From Streptosporangiaceae bacterium (GTDB lineage: Bacteria > Actinomycetota > Actinomycetes > Streptosporangiales > Streptosporangiaceae): a DNA stretch of 64,000 nt. The stretch is from assembly GCA_036496025.1 (NCBI GenBank), contig DASXLW010000080.1, positions 7,397-71,396 of the forward strand, read 5' to 3'. The notes under the pieces are model-generated. The model was not told the DNA's origin. It was given only the letters and a program-made list of their open reading frames with translations, and did not search any database. A program made the position numbers and the translations under genes. Shown here one piece after another: positions 36,685 through 45,809 of this stretch (the first letter of the stretch is position 1; every line of letters begins with the position of its first letter).

Positions 36685-38445
36685 GTGAGACATTATCCCC
36701 TGCACGTCCTGCGGGACTATGCGGTGATCGCCGACGGCGAGCGGGGCGCCGTCATCGGTCCGCGCGGCGAGATCGTGTGGCTGTGCGCTCCCCGGTGGCA
36801 CTCGGATGCGGTCTTCAGCCGCCTGATCGGCGGTGACGGGGCGTACGCCGTCACGCCCGATGACGAGTTCGTCTGGGGCGGGTACTACGAGGACGGCAGC
36901 CTGATCTGGCGCAGCCGGTGGATCACCGGATCGGGCATCACCGAATGCCGCGAGGCCCTCGCCTACCCCGCCACGCCGGACCGGCTCGTGCTACTCCGCC
37001 AGGTCGTTCCCCGGCAGGGCACGGCGACGGTGACGGTGCAACTTGACCCGCGGGCCGGGTTCGGTCGCCGCGGCCTGCGGTCGGTCCGCCAAGATGAGCA
37101 CGGCACCTGGACCGGCCGGGTCGGCGAACTGTACCTGCGCTGGTCCGGCGACGTCGCGGCGGCGAAGGTACGCCGGGCCGGGGGGCACCCGTTCCTGGAG
37201 CTGTCCCTGACCGTGCCGCCCGGCGAACACCGCGACCTGGTCCTCGAACTCGGAACCAAGCCGCCCCAGGACGGGCCGCCCGAGGCCGGCCGGCTCTGGC
37301 ACGTCACCCGGGACCAGTGGGATCAGGCCGTCCCGCCGTTGCAGCACACCCTGGCCTCCCGGGACGCCCGGCAGTCGCTGGTGGTGCTGCGCGGCTTGAC
37401 CAGCGCCGCGGGCGGGATGGCCGCGGCCGCCACCACCAGCCTGCCGGAGCGGGCCGAGGAGGGCCGCAACTACGACTACCGGTACGCCTGGATCCGCGAT
37501 CAGAGCTATGCCGGGCAGGCCGCCGCCGCGGCCGGGGCCTGGCCGATCCTGGATGACGCGGTGCGATTTGTCTGCGAGCGGCTGCACGCCGACGGGCCGG
37601 ACCTGGTGCCGGCCTACACCGTGGACGGCGGCCCGGTGCCCAACCAGCGCCGGCTCGACCTGCCCGGCTACCCGGGCGGATTCGATCTGGTGGGTAACTG
37701 GGTGAACCGGCAGTTCCAGCTGGACAGCCTGGGCGAGACGCTGCTCCTGCTGGCCGCCGCAGCCCGCAGTGACCGGCTGGACACCGAAGGCTGGCGAGCG
37801 GCCGAGATCGCCGCCGAGGCCATCGCCAAACGCTGGCAAGAGAACGATGCCGGAATCTGGGAGATGGACAACCGGGCCTGGACGCACAGCCGGCTGACCT
37901 GCGTGGCCGGCCTGCGCGCCGCGGCACGCAGCTGTGACTCGCAACCGCAGGCCACCGAGTGGGCCGCGCTCGCGGACGCCATCATGGCCCGCACCGCGGC
38001 CATCGCGGTACATGATTCCGGCCGCTGGCAGCGATCCCCCGATGACCCGGCGATCGACGCCGCGCTGCTGCTGCCGCCCATCCGCGGCGCGCTGCCGCCC
38101 GATGACCCGCGCACACTGGAGACGCTGCGCGCCTACCGAGACGAACTCACCCTGGACGGTTACGCCTACCGGTTCCGGCACGACGCAGGGCCGCTGGGTG
38201 ATGCCGAGGGCGCCTTCCTGCTCTGCGGGTTCATCCTGGCCCTGGCCCTGCACCAGCAGGGCGACGAGATCGGCGCCGTGCGCTGGTTCGAGCGCACCCG
38301 GGCCGCGTGCGGTTCCCCCGGCCTGTACTCCGAGGAATACGACGTAACCGAACGGCAACTGCGAGGGAACCTGCCCCAGGCGTTCGTGCACGCGCTCATG
38401 CTCGAGTGCGCCGTACGGCTGGCCGCTCCCTGGCCGCAGCCATGA
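36685..38445 (+). CDS. Glycoside hydrolase family 15 (glucoamylase/trehalase-like)
   Basis: GTG 36685. ..LRDYAVIADGERGAVIGPRGEIVWLCAPRW.. and ..NYDYRYAWIRD.. are typical of bacterial GH15. Confidence 0.85.
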   Translation: MRHYPLHVLRDYAVIADGERGAVIGPRGEIVWLCAPRWHSDAVFSRLIGGDGAYAVTPDDEFVWGGYYEDGSLIWRSRWITGSGITECREALAYPATPDRLVLLRQVVPRQGTATVTVQLDPRAGFGRRGLRSVRQDEHGTWTGRVGELYLRWSGDVAAAKVRRAGGHPFLELSLTVPPGEHRDLVLELGTKPPQDGPPEAGRLWHVTRDQWDQAVPPLQHTLASRDARQSLVVLRGLTSAAGGMAAAATTSLPERAEEGRNYDYRYAWIRDQSYAGQAAAAAGAWPILDDAVRFVCERLHADGPDLVPAYTVDGGPVPNQRRLDLPGYPGGFDLVGNWVNRQFQLDSLGETLLLLAAAARSDRLDTEGWRAAEIAAEAIAKRWQENDAGIWEMDNRAWTHSRLTCVAGLRAAARSCDSQPQATEWAALADAIMARTAAIAVHDSGRWQRSPDDPAIDAALLLPPIRGALPPDDPRTLETLRAYRDELTLDGYAYRFRHDAGPLGDAEGAFLLCGFILALALHQQGDEIGAVRWFERTRAACGSPGLYSEEYDVTERQLRGNLPQAFVHALMLECAVRLAAPWPQP

Positions 38446-38482
38446 CCAGACACGACAACTTTGTCAAGGAGGAACAAGGCTC

Positions 38483-39493
38483 ATGACCGAGACAGTGATG
38501 ATCACCGGAGCCAGCGGCGGCATCGGACGCGCAACCGCCCGGCTGTACGGCGAGCGCGGCGCCAGCGTGGGGCTGATCGCCCGCGGCGACTCCGGCCTGG
38601 CCGGAGCGGCCGCGGATGTCGAAGAGGCGGGCGGGAAGGCGCTGGCCGTGCCGACCGATGTGGCCGAATACAGCCAGCTGGAAGACGCGGCCCGCCAGGT
38701 GGAAGAGCAGTTCGGACCGATCGATACCTGGATCAACGTCGCCTTCTCCTCGGTGTTCGCGCCGTTTGCCGACATCAGGCCCGATGAGTTCCGCCGGGTG
38801 ACGGAGGTCAGCTACCTGGGGTTCGTCTACGGCACGATGGTCGCGCTGGCCCGGATGAAGCCTCGCGACCGGGGCACGATCGTGCAGGTCGGGTCCGCGC
38901 TCGGGTACCGGAGCATCCCGCTGCAGTCCGCCTACTGCGGGGCCAAGCACGCGGTCAACGGGTTCACCTCCTCGCTGCGCTGCGAGCTGATGCACGAGCA
39001 CTCGGGCGTGCGGGTCACGGTCGTGCAGATGCCGGCGGTGAATACGCCCCAGTTCTCCTGGGTTCGCTCCAAGCTGCCCCGCCACCCGCAGCCGGTGCCG
39101 CCCATCTACCAGCCCGAGGTCGCGGCGCGCGGCGTGCTGTACGCCGCCGATCATCCGGGCCGCAGGGAGTACTGGGTCGGGGCCAGCACCGCGGTCACGA
39201 TCGCGGCCAACAAGTTCGCGCCCGCCCTGCTGGACCGGTACCTGGCCAAGACCGGCTACAACTCCCAGCAGACCGACCAGGCCGGGCCCGATCGGGGCCC
39301 TGGCAACCTGCAACGGCCGGACGACGCCCGCGACGGGCAGGATCACGGCGCGCACGGGATCTTCGACAGCCAGGCGCACTCCCGCAGCGCCCAGCTGTGG
39401 GCGGTCACGCACCCGCGGATCACCGGCGCCGTGGCCGTCGCCGGGGTGGCGGCGGGCGCCGTACTGGCCGGAAGGCTGGCCGGGCGCAAGTGA
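38483..39493 (+). CDS. SDR-family oxidoreductase with a C-terminal hydrophobic anchor
   Basis: ITGASGGIGRA and the catalytic YCGAKHA are present. The C-terminus is ..ITGAVAVAGVAAGAVLAGRLAG. Confidence 0.85.
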   Translation: MTETVMITGASGGIGRATARLYGERGASVGLIARGDSGLAGAAADVEEAGGKALAVPTDVAEYSQLEDAARQVEEQFGPIDTWINVAFSSVFAPFADIRPDEFRRVTEVSYLGFVYGTMVALARMKPRDRGTIVQVGSALGYRSIPLQSAYCGAKHAVNGFTSSLRCELMHEHSGVRVTVVQMPAVNTPQFSWVRSKLPRHPQPVPPIYQPEVAARGVLYAADHPGRREYWVGASTAVTIAANKFAPALLDRYLAKTGYNSQQTDQAGPDRGPGNLQRPDDARDGQDHGAHGIFDSQAHSRSAQLWAVTHPRITGAVAVAGVAAGAVLAGRLAGRK

Positions 39494-39891
39494 CGCAGAA
39501 ACAGGACCGCCTGGCCGCGCTGTCTCTGCTCGACGCGGTGCGCGCCTGCTACGGCGGGCTGCTGCTCGCCGCGCCGCGCCGGATGCTGACCGTGTGCGCG
39601 CCCGGGCAGGCCGGTCCCCGCGCCCTCGGGGTGGTCCGGGTGCTCGGCGCTCGCCACCTGCTGCAGGCAGCGCTGACCGCCGGGGTCCTGTCCGCGCGCG
39701 GGCCGTCACAGGAGATCCCGCCGGGCCGGGCGCTGCGGGCCGGCTCGGGAGTCGACACCGCGCACGCGGCCTCGATGCTCGGCCTCGCGCTGGCTCACCG
39801 GCCACTGCGCCGGGCCGCTCTGGCCGACGCACTGCTGGAGAGCAGCCTGGCCGCGTTCGGGATCATGGCCGCCCGGCGGCTGCGGCGCTAA
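39490..39891 (+). CDS. Hypothetical protein (133 aa), translationally coupled to the SDR
   Basis: GTG 39490 overlaps the SDR TGA (GTGA). The sequence is Ala/Leu-rich with possible TM helices. I recognised no motif. Confidence 0.45.
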   Translation: MTQKQDRLAALSLLDAVRACYGGLLLAAPRRMLTVCAPGQAGPRALGVVRVLGARHLLQAALTAGVLSARGPSQEIPPGRALRAGSGVDTAHAASMLGLALAHRPLRRAALADALLESSLAAFGIMAARRLRR

Positions 39892-39973
39892 CGCGTAACC
39901 GCGCAACGCTCCGCGGATGGCCCTCGTGTATCCCGCCGTGCCCGGCGTCGGCGAATGATGCAGCGCACATCGG

Positions 39974-41848
39974 TCAGCGGATGGTGAGCGCCAGGGAGCC
40001 GCCGACGCAGGCCAGGCCGATGACGATCCACGTGACGTAGTCGTTGATCACGCCGCTCTGGAAGCGGCGGATCGGCTGGACCAGGCCGGTACCCGGTTCG
40101 AACCCGCGCCGGAGCAGGGGCAGCCGCCGCCAGTAGAGCGCGAGGAAGGCGAGGACGAGGCCGCCAGCGGCCGAGGCGGTCCCGGTCACCACGTCGGCCA
40201 CGGTGATGCCGGTGCTCTCCGGACCGGAGATGGCCACGGGATGAGCGATGTGGCCCCCGGACAGCACCGTGCGGTTGTAGGCCGCCTGGTCCTGGAACCG
40301 GATGGCCGCTCCCTGAACGCCCGCCCCGAGGTGAGGCAGCAGCGTGATGACCACCGCGGCCACGACCAGCAGCGCGGCGGGCACGATCATGGACAGCGGG
40401 GTGCGACGCTTGCCGCGCTCCGTCTCGCTGGTCTCCTCCGAAGCCTCCCGCGCCATCTGCGGATCTTCGGTGGGCGGATCGCCGAGCCCGTAGAAGACGC
40501 CGCCCGCCACCCGGAGCACGGCCCCGCCGACCAGCACCGAGCAGATGATGAGCACCACGGTGATCCAGGTCATCCCGTGCGCGGCGCCGGTGTCCTCGAT
40601 CCAGCCCTTGCCCAGGAAGGTGGCGAACGGCGGCAGGTCGGCCAGGCCCAGCGCGGCCAGCGTGAACACCACCCCGGTCACCCGCAGCTGGCGGCCGCGT
40701 CCGTGCAGCCACGGTTCGTTGACCGAGCCGAGCCGGTGCAAGATGATGCCCACGCAGATGAACAGCGCCGCCTTCAGCAGGCCGTGACCGGCGACGTAGA
40801 TCGCCGCGCCGGCCAGCCCGAGCGGCGTGAGCAGGGCAAAGCCGGCCAGGAACATGCCGGCGTGACTGATGGTGGAGAACGCCAGCAGCCGCTTCAGGTG
40901 CCGCTCGCGGAAGCAGAACAGCGCGCCCACGACCGCGGTCAGCAGGCCGAGGGCCAGGAACGTATGCGTGATCACGTCCCGGTGCCCGAGGGCGTCGCCG
41001 AACATCGACCAGTACACCCGGGCGATGCCGTACAGCCCGAGTTCCACCATCACCCCGGAGAACAGCACGCAGACCGGGGTCGGTGCCACCGCGTGCGCGT
41101 CGGCGAGCCAGAAGTGGAAGGGCACGATCGAGCTCTTGATCAGCAGGCCGGTGATGATCAGGAGAAACGCCACCACGACCAGGCCGTCGGGCCGGTGCCC
41201 GGCGATGTCGCGGCCGATCTGCGCCATGTTGAGCGCGCCGGTGCGGCCGTAGATCACGGCGATTCCGGACAGCGACAGGTATGCGCCCACGCTGTTGGTG
41301 ATGGCGAAGTTGAGCGCGCCCTGGATCGGCCCGCGTTCCTCTGGCCGGTAGGCGGTCAGGGCGTAGGCCGACACGCCCATCACCTCGAACCAGACGAACA
41401 GGTCGAAGATGTCCCCGGTCAGGCAGAAGCCGACCATGCCCGCCAGAAAGGTCAGCATCAGCGCGTGGTAGTAGGTGGAGATCTCCTCGAAGTACCGCCA
41501 CGAGAAGACCATCGCCACCGTGACCAGGACCGCGGCCAGGCAGGCCAGCCCCGCGCTGAGCGGGCCGACGGCGAAGTCGATCCCGATCGCGATCCCGCGC
41601 GACGGCCTGAAGCCGGCGAACCAGTAGATCTGGTCGCCATGAACCGTGCGCGCCATGAGCACGGCCAGCATGGCCGCCACAGCGGCGGCGGTGATGATGG
41701 CGGCGGAATCCAGGATCCGGCGCCGGGGGCGGAGCAGGCGGTTCAACGCCGACAGCACCGCCGCGGCCAGCAGCGGCACGACCACGGCCAGCGCGGGCAG
41801 CTGGTCCGTGACCGGCAGCTGATTCATCACCGGCAGGTGGCTCAGCAT
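39974..41848 (-). CDS. mnhD: Mrp/Mnh antiporter subunit D-like protein (NuoL/M/N family) with a C-terminal extension
   Basis: Proton-pumping-subunit pattern is present (..FDLFVWFEVMGVSAY.., ..PFHFWLADAH..). At 624 aa it is about 120 aa longer than a typical MnhD, and the tail has extra TM helices. An alternative start is ATG 41827. Confidence 0.85.
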   Translation of the reverse strand: MLSHLPVMNQLPVTDQLPALAVVVPLLAAAVLSALNRLLRPRRRILDSAAIITAAAVAAMLAVLMARTVHGDQIYWFAGFRPSRGIAIGIDFAVGPLSAGLACLAAVLVTVAMVFSWRYFEEISTYYHALMLTFLAGMVGFCLTGDIFDLFVWFEVMGVSAYALTAYRPEERGPIQGALNFAITNSVGAYLSLSGIAVIYGRTGALNMAQIGRDIAGHRPDGLVVVAFLLIITGLLIKSSIVPFHFWLADAHAVAPTPVCVLFSGVMVELGLYGIARVYWSMFGDALGHRDVITHTFLALGLLTAVVGALFCFRERHLKRLLAFSTISHAGMFLAGFALLTPLGLAGAAIYVAGHGLLKAALFICVGIILHRLGSVNEPWLHGRGRQLRVTGVVFTLAALGLADLPPFATFLGKGWIEDTGAAHGMTWITVVLIICSVLVGGAVLRVAGGVFYGLGDPPTEDPQMAREASEETSETERGKRRTPLSMIVPAALLVVAAVVITLLPHLGAGVQGAAIRFQDQAAYNRTVLSGGHIAHPVAISGPESTGITVADVVTGTASAAGGLVLAFLALYWRRLPLLRRGFEPGTGLVQPIRRFQSGVINDYVTWIVIGLACVGGSLALTIR

Positions 41849-41853
41849 CGCCG

Positions 41854-42201
41854 TCAGCCCTTGAACTGAACGAGCTCTTGCGGGTCGAGCGTGCCGAACC
41901 GGTTGTGCGCCTGGATGGCGAACGCCAGCAGCAGCGCGGTCACGGCCGCCTCGACCACCACGTCGGTCAGTGCGAGGGCCTGCACCACGGGGTCCACCGC
42001 CGGGGTGTGCAGCGGGATGTCGAAGAAGTACGGGGCCACCGCGCCGGTCTTGTAGCCCACGCCCAGCAGCAGCACATAGGTCGAGGACTGGACGATGATC
42101 AGGCAGATGATCAGGTGCACGAGATGACGGCTGGTGATGACGCCGTACAGTCCGACACCCAGGATCCAGGCCACCACGACGAACGGGAAGAACTGCATCA
42201 C
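41854..42201 (-). CDS. mnhC: Mrp/Mnh antiporter subunit C (NuoK-like)
   Basis: 115 aa with 3 TM; ..LIICLIIVQSSTYVLLL.. The start (GTG 42201 or ATG 42198) overlaps the MnhB stop. Confidence 0.85.
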   Translation of the reverse strand: MMQFFPFVVVAWILGVGLYGVITSRHLVHLIICLIIVQSSTYVLLLGVGYKTGAVAPYFFDIPLHTPAVDPVVQALALTDVVVEAAVTALLLAFAIQAHNRFGTLDPQELVQFKG

Positions 42202-42959
42202 CGTTTCTCCTGCCTGCTCAGCAGCGTCTGCTCCAGCAGCTCGCTCACGATGAGGACGAAGGCGGCGGCGACCTCAACGCCCACGAAGAAGCTGATCAGC
42301 GCGATGGTCCCGGACGAGCTCACCGCGCCGGGGGTGGTGCCCAGCGGCAGGAAGTTCGTCAGGTAGGCCAGGCCCATGGCCACCGCGGCGATGCCGATGG
42401 CGGCGAAGCCGCCCGCCCCTACCGCCTCGACGGCTTCGGTGACGTCCACGGGGCTGAACCGCTTGAAGATGAGTAGCTGCCCGGCCAGGTAGATCAGGAC
42501 GAACGCGGTGGCCAGCACCACCCCGCCCTGAAAGCCGCCCGACGGCGTGCTCTGGGCGTGTGACGCGAGGTACCACCCCATCACCACGATGGGCCCGGTC
42601 ATCAGCAGGCTGACCATGCGGACCGCGTCGGTGGTCGCAGGCACGTGCCGGTCCGCGGTCTCGTCGCGGGGCGGGCGCTCCCGCTCGGCGCGCAGGGGGC
42701 GCAGCACCAGGCTGACGCCCGCGGCGGCGACGAAGAGAATGAACTCCTCGCCCACCGTGTCGAAGCCGCGGTACTCGAAGTTGACCGCGGACACCACGCC
42801 GGTGGCATTGGTCTGGGACACCGCGATCCGGTTGATGATGTCCCCGTAAGGTCCCGGGTAGTTGCCGAAGCCGGGCAGCCCCTTCAGCCCCCACAGGTAG
42901 AAAGCGGCCAGGGCGGCCATCCCGGCCAGGAAGACCCAGCGTCGCTGACCTGGCGTCAC
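42198..42959 (-). CDS. mnhB: MnhB-domain protein (fusion of MbhE-like and MnhB/MbhF-like parts)
   Basis: GTG 42959 overlaps the upstream stop (GTGA). ..VSAVNFEYRGFDTVGEEFILF.. is followed by ..STPSGGFQGGVVLA.. Confidence 0.8.
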   Translation of the reverse strand: MTPGQRRWVFLAGMAALAAFYLWGLKGLPGFGNYPGPYGDIINRIAVSQTNATGVVSAVNFEYRGFDTVGEEFILFVAAAGVSLVLRPLRAERERPPRDETADRHVPATTDAVRMVSLLMTGPIVVMGWYLASHAQSTPSGGFQGGVVLATAFVLIYLAGQLLIFKRFSPVDVTEAVEAVGAGGFAAIGIAAVAMGLAYLTNFLPLGTTPGAVSSSGTIALISFFVGVEVAAAFVLIVSELLEQTLLSRQEKR

Positions 42960-43252
42960 TTCTCCCGCCCCCTGACCTTCGCCAGCGCCAGCAGCAGCAG
43001 GATCGGCAGGATCACCGTGCCCACGGCGAGCTCGGACAGGGTGACGTCGGGCGCCTGGAAGGCCAGGAACAAGATCGCCAGCAGCAGGCCGTAGGCGCTC
43101 AGCGCGATGACCTGGCGCGTTGGCACCCGGATGAGCACCACGGCGGTGGCGCCCGCGGCCACCAGGACCAGCAGCGTCACCTGCAGGGCATCCATCAGGC
43201 CAGCGGGAACCGTATAGGGCGTCACCACGCCGGCGGCATGCGCCGCGTTCAC
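42956..43252 (-). CDS. DUF4040 / MbhD-like membrane protein (corresponds to the MrpA C-terminal segment)
   Basis: 98 aa with 3 TM. GTG 43252 overlaps the MnhG stop (GTGA). An alternative start is ATG 43195. Confidence 0.7.
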   Translation of the reverse strand: MNAAHAAGVVTPYTVPAGLMDALQVTLLVLVAAGATAVVLIRVPTRQVIALSAYGLLLAILFLAFQAPDVTLSELAVGTVILPILLLLALAKVRGREK

Positions 43253-43632
43253 GGCTGTTCCTGCTGCATGGCCGTTCCTCGCGCGGGACGGCCGCTGGCG
43301 GCGGCACGGCCGGCCGTCCCGCCGCGGGCAGGACGCCAGTCTCCCGTCTCCCGGATCCGGGCCGCCCGGATCGTAGCGTGGGTCAGGATCGGGCTGGAGA
43401 TCAGCACGAAAAGCAGCGCCAGCCCGGTCTCGGCCGTGTCGAGGGTCAGGCCCGACTGGACCAGGACCGCCACTCCCACCACGACCGGGGCGACCAGCCC
43501 GGCCGGGGTCAGATAGTGAGCCTTCTGGTAGACGTCCCGCATGACGAGCAGGCCCACCGACGAGGCCAGCACGATCGCCACGGCCGAGGCGAGCAGGACG
43601 TCGACGGCGATGCCGCGGGCCGTCACAGCCAT
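43249..43632 (-). CDS. mnhG: Mrp/Mnh antiporter subunit G
   Basis: ATG 43632 (MAVTARGIAVDVLLA..). ..LISSPILTHATIRAA.. is typical of MnhG. It overlaps mnhF by 10 nt. Confidence 0.8.
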   Translation of the reverse strand: MAVTARGIAVDVLLASAVAIVLASSVGLLVMRDVYQKAHYLTPAGLVAPVVVGVAVLVQSGLTLDTAETGLALLFVLISSPILTHATIRAARIRETGDWRPARGGTAGRAAASGRPARGTAMQQEQP

Positions 43633-43874
43633 CGCTCCAGGAACCGGACGAAGACCAGGCTGCCGCCGAGAATCAGCATGGCAAGCAGCACCGGAAGCTC
43701 GAACTCGCCGGAGCGGTCGAAACCCTGGGCCAGCAGGACGAGCACGATGATGATGACGGAGCTGATGGCCTCGTACGCCACCACGGCTTCCATGACCTTG
43801 CCCCGCACCATCACGATCCCGCACGGGATCACCGCGACGAGCATGGCGATGGCCGCGATCACGAACGCGTTCAT
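43623..43874 (-). CDS. mnhF: Mrp/Mnh antiporter subunit F
   Basis: ATG 43874 overlaps the MnhE stop (ATGA). It is 83 aa with 3 TM (MNAFVIAAIAMLVAVIPCG..). Confidence 0.8.
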   Translation of the reverse strand: MNAFVIAAIAMLVAVIPCGIVMVRGKVMEAVVAYEAISSVIIIVLVLLAQGFDRSGEFELPVLLAMLILGGSLVFVRFLERWL

Positions 43875-44440
43875 TCCGCTGCCTCCCCCCTGGTCACGAC
43901 CAGCTGATGGACGATCATGACGTCGCGGTCCCGGTCGATGCCCAGGGCAAAGGTGTTGGGCGCGACGGACTGCCCGCCGACATACAGCGCGCGGCGCGTC
44001 TTGCCCTCCGCGGTATTGCTCCCGTACCGGACGGGCAGCTCGCGAAAACCGCTGGCCGGCTCCTCCCCGCGGGCCAGCCGCCGCCAGAGCGCCGCGAAGA
44101 CGATCACGGTGTCGCGAGCCACCTGGCCCGGCAGGCTGAGGGCGGGGATCAGCCATTCGATCCGCATCCGGAACCGGGTAGCGGCCTGATAGCTGGCCAC
44201 CTCGGCCAGACAGGCGCCCAGGGCGGCCGCCCCCGCCCCGGCCAGCAGCTCATCCAAGGCGATCGAGTTGTCCAGGATGACCCAGAGCGACATCAGCAGG
44301 ACCCACCAGAGCAGCCACGCGCCGAGCCGGCGGGCGATGCGCACGGTTCGCCTGCGGCGCCGCGGCTCGCTCGCGCGGCGGCCGCGGCCGGGGGCGGGCG
44401 AAACCGCCCGTCCGGCCTCCGCGTCCGGATTCCCGGTCAC
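43871..44440 (-). CDS. mnhE: Mrp/Mnh antiporter subunit E
   Basis: ..WLLWWVLLMSLWVILDNS.. and ..SVAPNTFALGIDRDRDVMIVHQL.. fit MnhE. The N-terminal 35 or so aa are Arg-rich, so the true start may be downstream. Confidence 0.75.
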   Translation of the reverse strand: MTGNPDAEAGRAVSPAPGRGRRASEPRRRRRTVRIARRLGAWLLWWVLLMSLWVILDNSIALDELLAGAGAAALGACLAEVASYQAATRFRMRIEWLIPALSLPGQVARDTVIVFAALWRRLARGEEPASGFRELPVRYGSNTAEGKTRRALYVGGQSVAPNTFALGIDRDRDVMIVHQLVVTRGEAAE

Positions 44441-44460
44441 GATCTCGCGGTCCGCTCCGG

Positions 44461-45027
44461 TTACGCTGACGCGGCCGATGCGAAGATCGGGATGAACGTC
44501 GCCGAGAAGGCCGGGAGGTCGGCGGGCTTACGGCTCGTGACCAGGGTGTTCGGCCCGCTGGAGCACCGGACCACTTCCTCGTCCACCCAGGTTCCGCCCG
44601 CGTTCCGGATGTCGGTCCGCAGGCTGGGCCAGGAGGTTACGGTACGGCCTTCGATCACGTCCGCCTCGATCAGGGTCCACGGCGCGTGGCAGATCGCGGC
44701 CACGGGCTTGCCCGCGTCGAAGAAGTCACGCACGAACGCCACGGCCTCCGCAATCGTCCGCAGCTGGTCGGGGTTGGCCACTCCGCCGGGCAGGACGAGA
44801 CCCGCGTAGTCCCGCACGTCCGCCTGACCGACCTGCACGTCGACCTGCTGCGTATCGCCGCGGTCGAGATGCTCGAACAGCTGGACCTTGTCCTTCGCCG
44901 GGGACACGAGCACGGGGCGGCCGCCCTCCTCGGTTACGGCCTGCCAGGGCTGCTGGACCTCTGACTGCTCGGCTCCCTCGCCCGCGACGAGAAAGGCCAC
45001 CGTAGCGGACTTCAGCGCACTCCCCAT
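44461..45027 (-). CDS. DJ-1/PfpI family protein (type 1 glutamine amidotransferase-like)
   Basis: ..LVLPGGVANPDQL.. and the nucleophile elbow ..AAICHAPW.. are present. Confidence 0.85.
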   Translation of the reverse strand: MGSALKSATVAFLVAGEGAEQSEVQQPWQAVTEEGGRPVLVSPAKDKVQLFEHLDRGDTQQVDVQVGQADVRDYAGLVLPGGVANPDQLRTIAEAVAFVRDFFDAGKPVAAICHAPWTLIEADVIEGRTVTSWPSLRTDIRNAGGTWVDEEVVRCSSGPNTLVTSRKPADLPAFSATFIPIFASAASA

Positions 45028-45172
45028 GGTTCCTCCTCCTCCTCTGGTTTGGTGTCTGGCGGCGATGCCCGCATGCCGGACCAGGCACTGCCGATTCCGC
45101 TACCCGGACTGCCGTGGCCAAACGTGCGGCGTCCGGGCCGGACGCCGGTCCGCCGACCGATAGAGTCACCCT

Positions 45173-45802
45173 GTGGCAGACGACGACTGGCGAGTGACGG
45201 TCACGTTTGACGATGAGGCCCACGTCAGGCACGCGATTGCGTCCATGCGCGATCACCGGGTGGAAAACGACGTGCGCCGCAGGCTCGGGGACCGCGTCGC
45301 GGTATCCGCGGACGGTCCCAGCGTCTTCCTCTACGCCGGTACCGAGGACGCGGCCCGGGAAGCGGACCGGGTGGTCCGCGAGGTCCTGGCCCAGCGGCAA
45401 CTGACCGCCGCGTTCAAGCTCGACCGCTGGCATCCGATCGAGCAGGAATGGGAGGACGCGGGGGCGCCCCTGCCGCAGACCGCCGAGCAGCGCGAGGCGG
45501 AGGAAGAGCGCCGGGTCGCCGATGAAACCGAGGAGTCCGAAGACACCGGACAGACCGGTTATGAAGTTCTCATCGAGGTCGAGTCGCGCCACGAGGCGGT
45601 GGAGCTGGCCAAGCGGCTCCAGTCGGAAGGGCACCCGGTGATTCGCCGCTGGCGTTACGTGGTGCTCGGAGCCAACAACGAGGATGAGGCCCGCGACCTG
45701 GCCCAGTCGGTGCAGCGGGAGACTCCCTCGACCGCATCCGTCCAGTCCGCGCCGGTCCCGTTCGCCCACTTCGACCGGGCTGCCGGCTGGAGGCGAATGT
45801 GA
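45173..45802 (+). CDS. Hypothetical protein with two similar alpha/beta modules joined by an acidic linker
   Basis: GTG 45173. The modules WRVTVTFDDEAHVRHAI.. and YEVLIEVESRHEAVELAKRL.. are joined by the linker EQREAEEERRVADETEESED. Confidence 0.55.
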   Translation: MADDDWRVTVTFDDEAHVRHAIASMRDHRVENDVRRRLGDRVAVSADGPSVFLYAGTEDAAREADRVVREVLAQRQLTAAFKLDRWHPIEQEWEDAGAPLPQTAEQREAEEERRVADETEESEDTGQTGYEVLIEVESRHEAVELAKRLQSEGHPVIRRWRYVVLGANNEDEARDLAQSVQRETPSTASVQSAPVPFAHFDRAAGWRRM

Positions 45803-45809
45803 CGGGCTG

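Noticed and set aside
38396-39832. 478-aa minus-strand ORF opposite the SDR gene
   Set aside because: It is a shadow ORF. The SDR frame has the TGxxxGxG and YxxxK motifs.
40241-41869. 542-aa plus-strand ORF opposite mnhD
   Set aside because: The minus-strand product is a coherent polytopic membrane protein. The plus-strand product is highly charged (His/Arg/Asp/Gly) nonsense.
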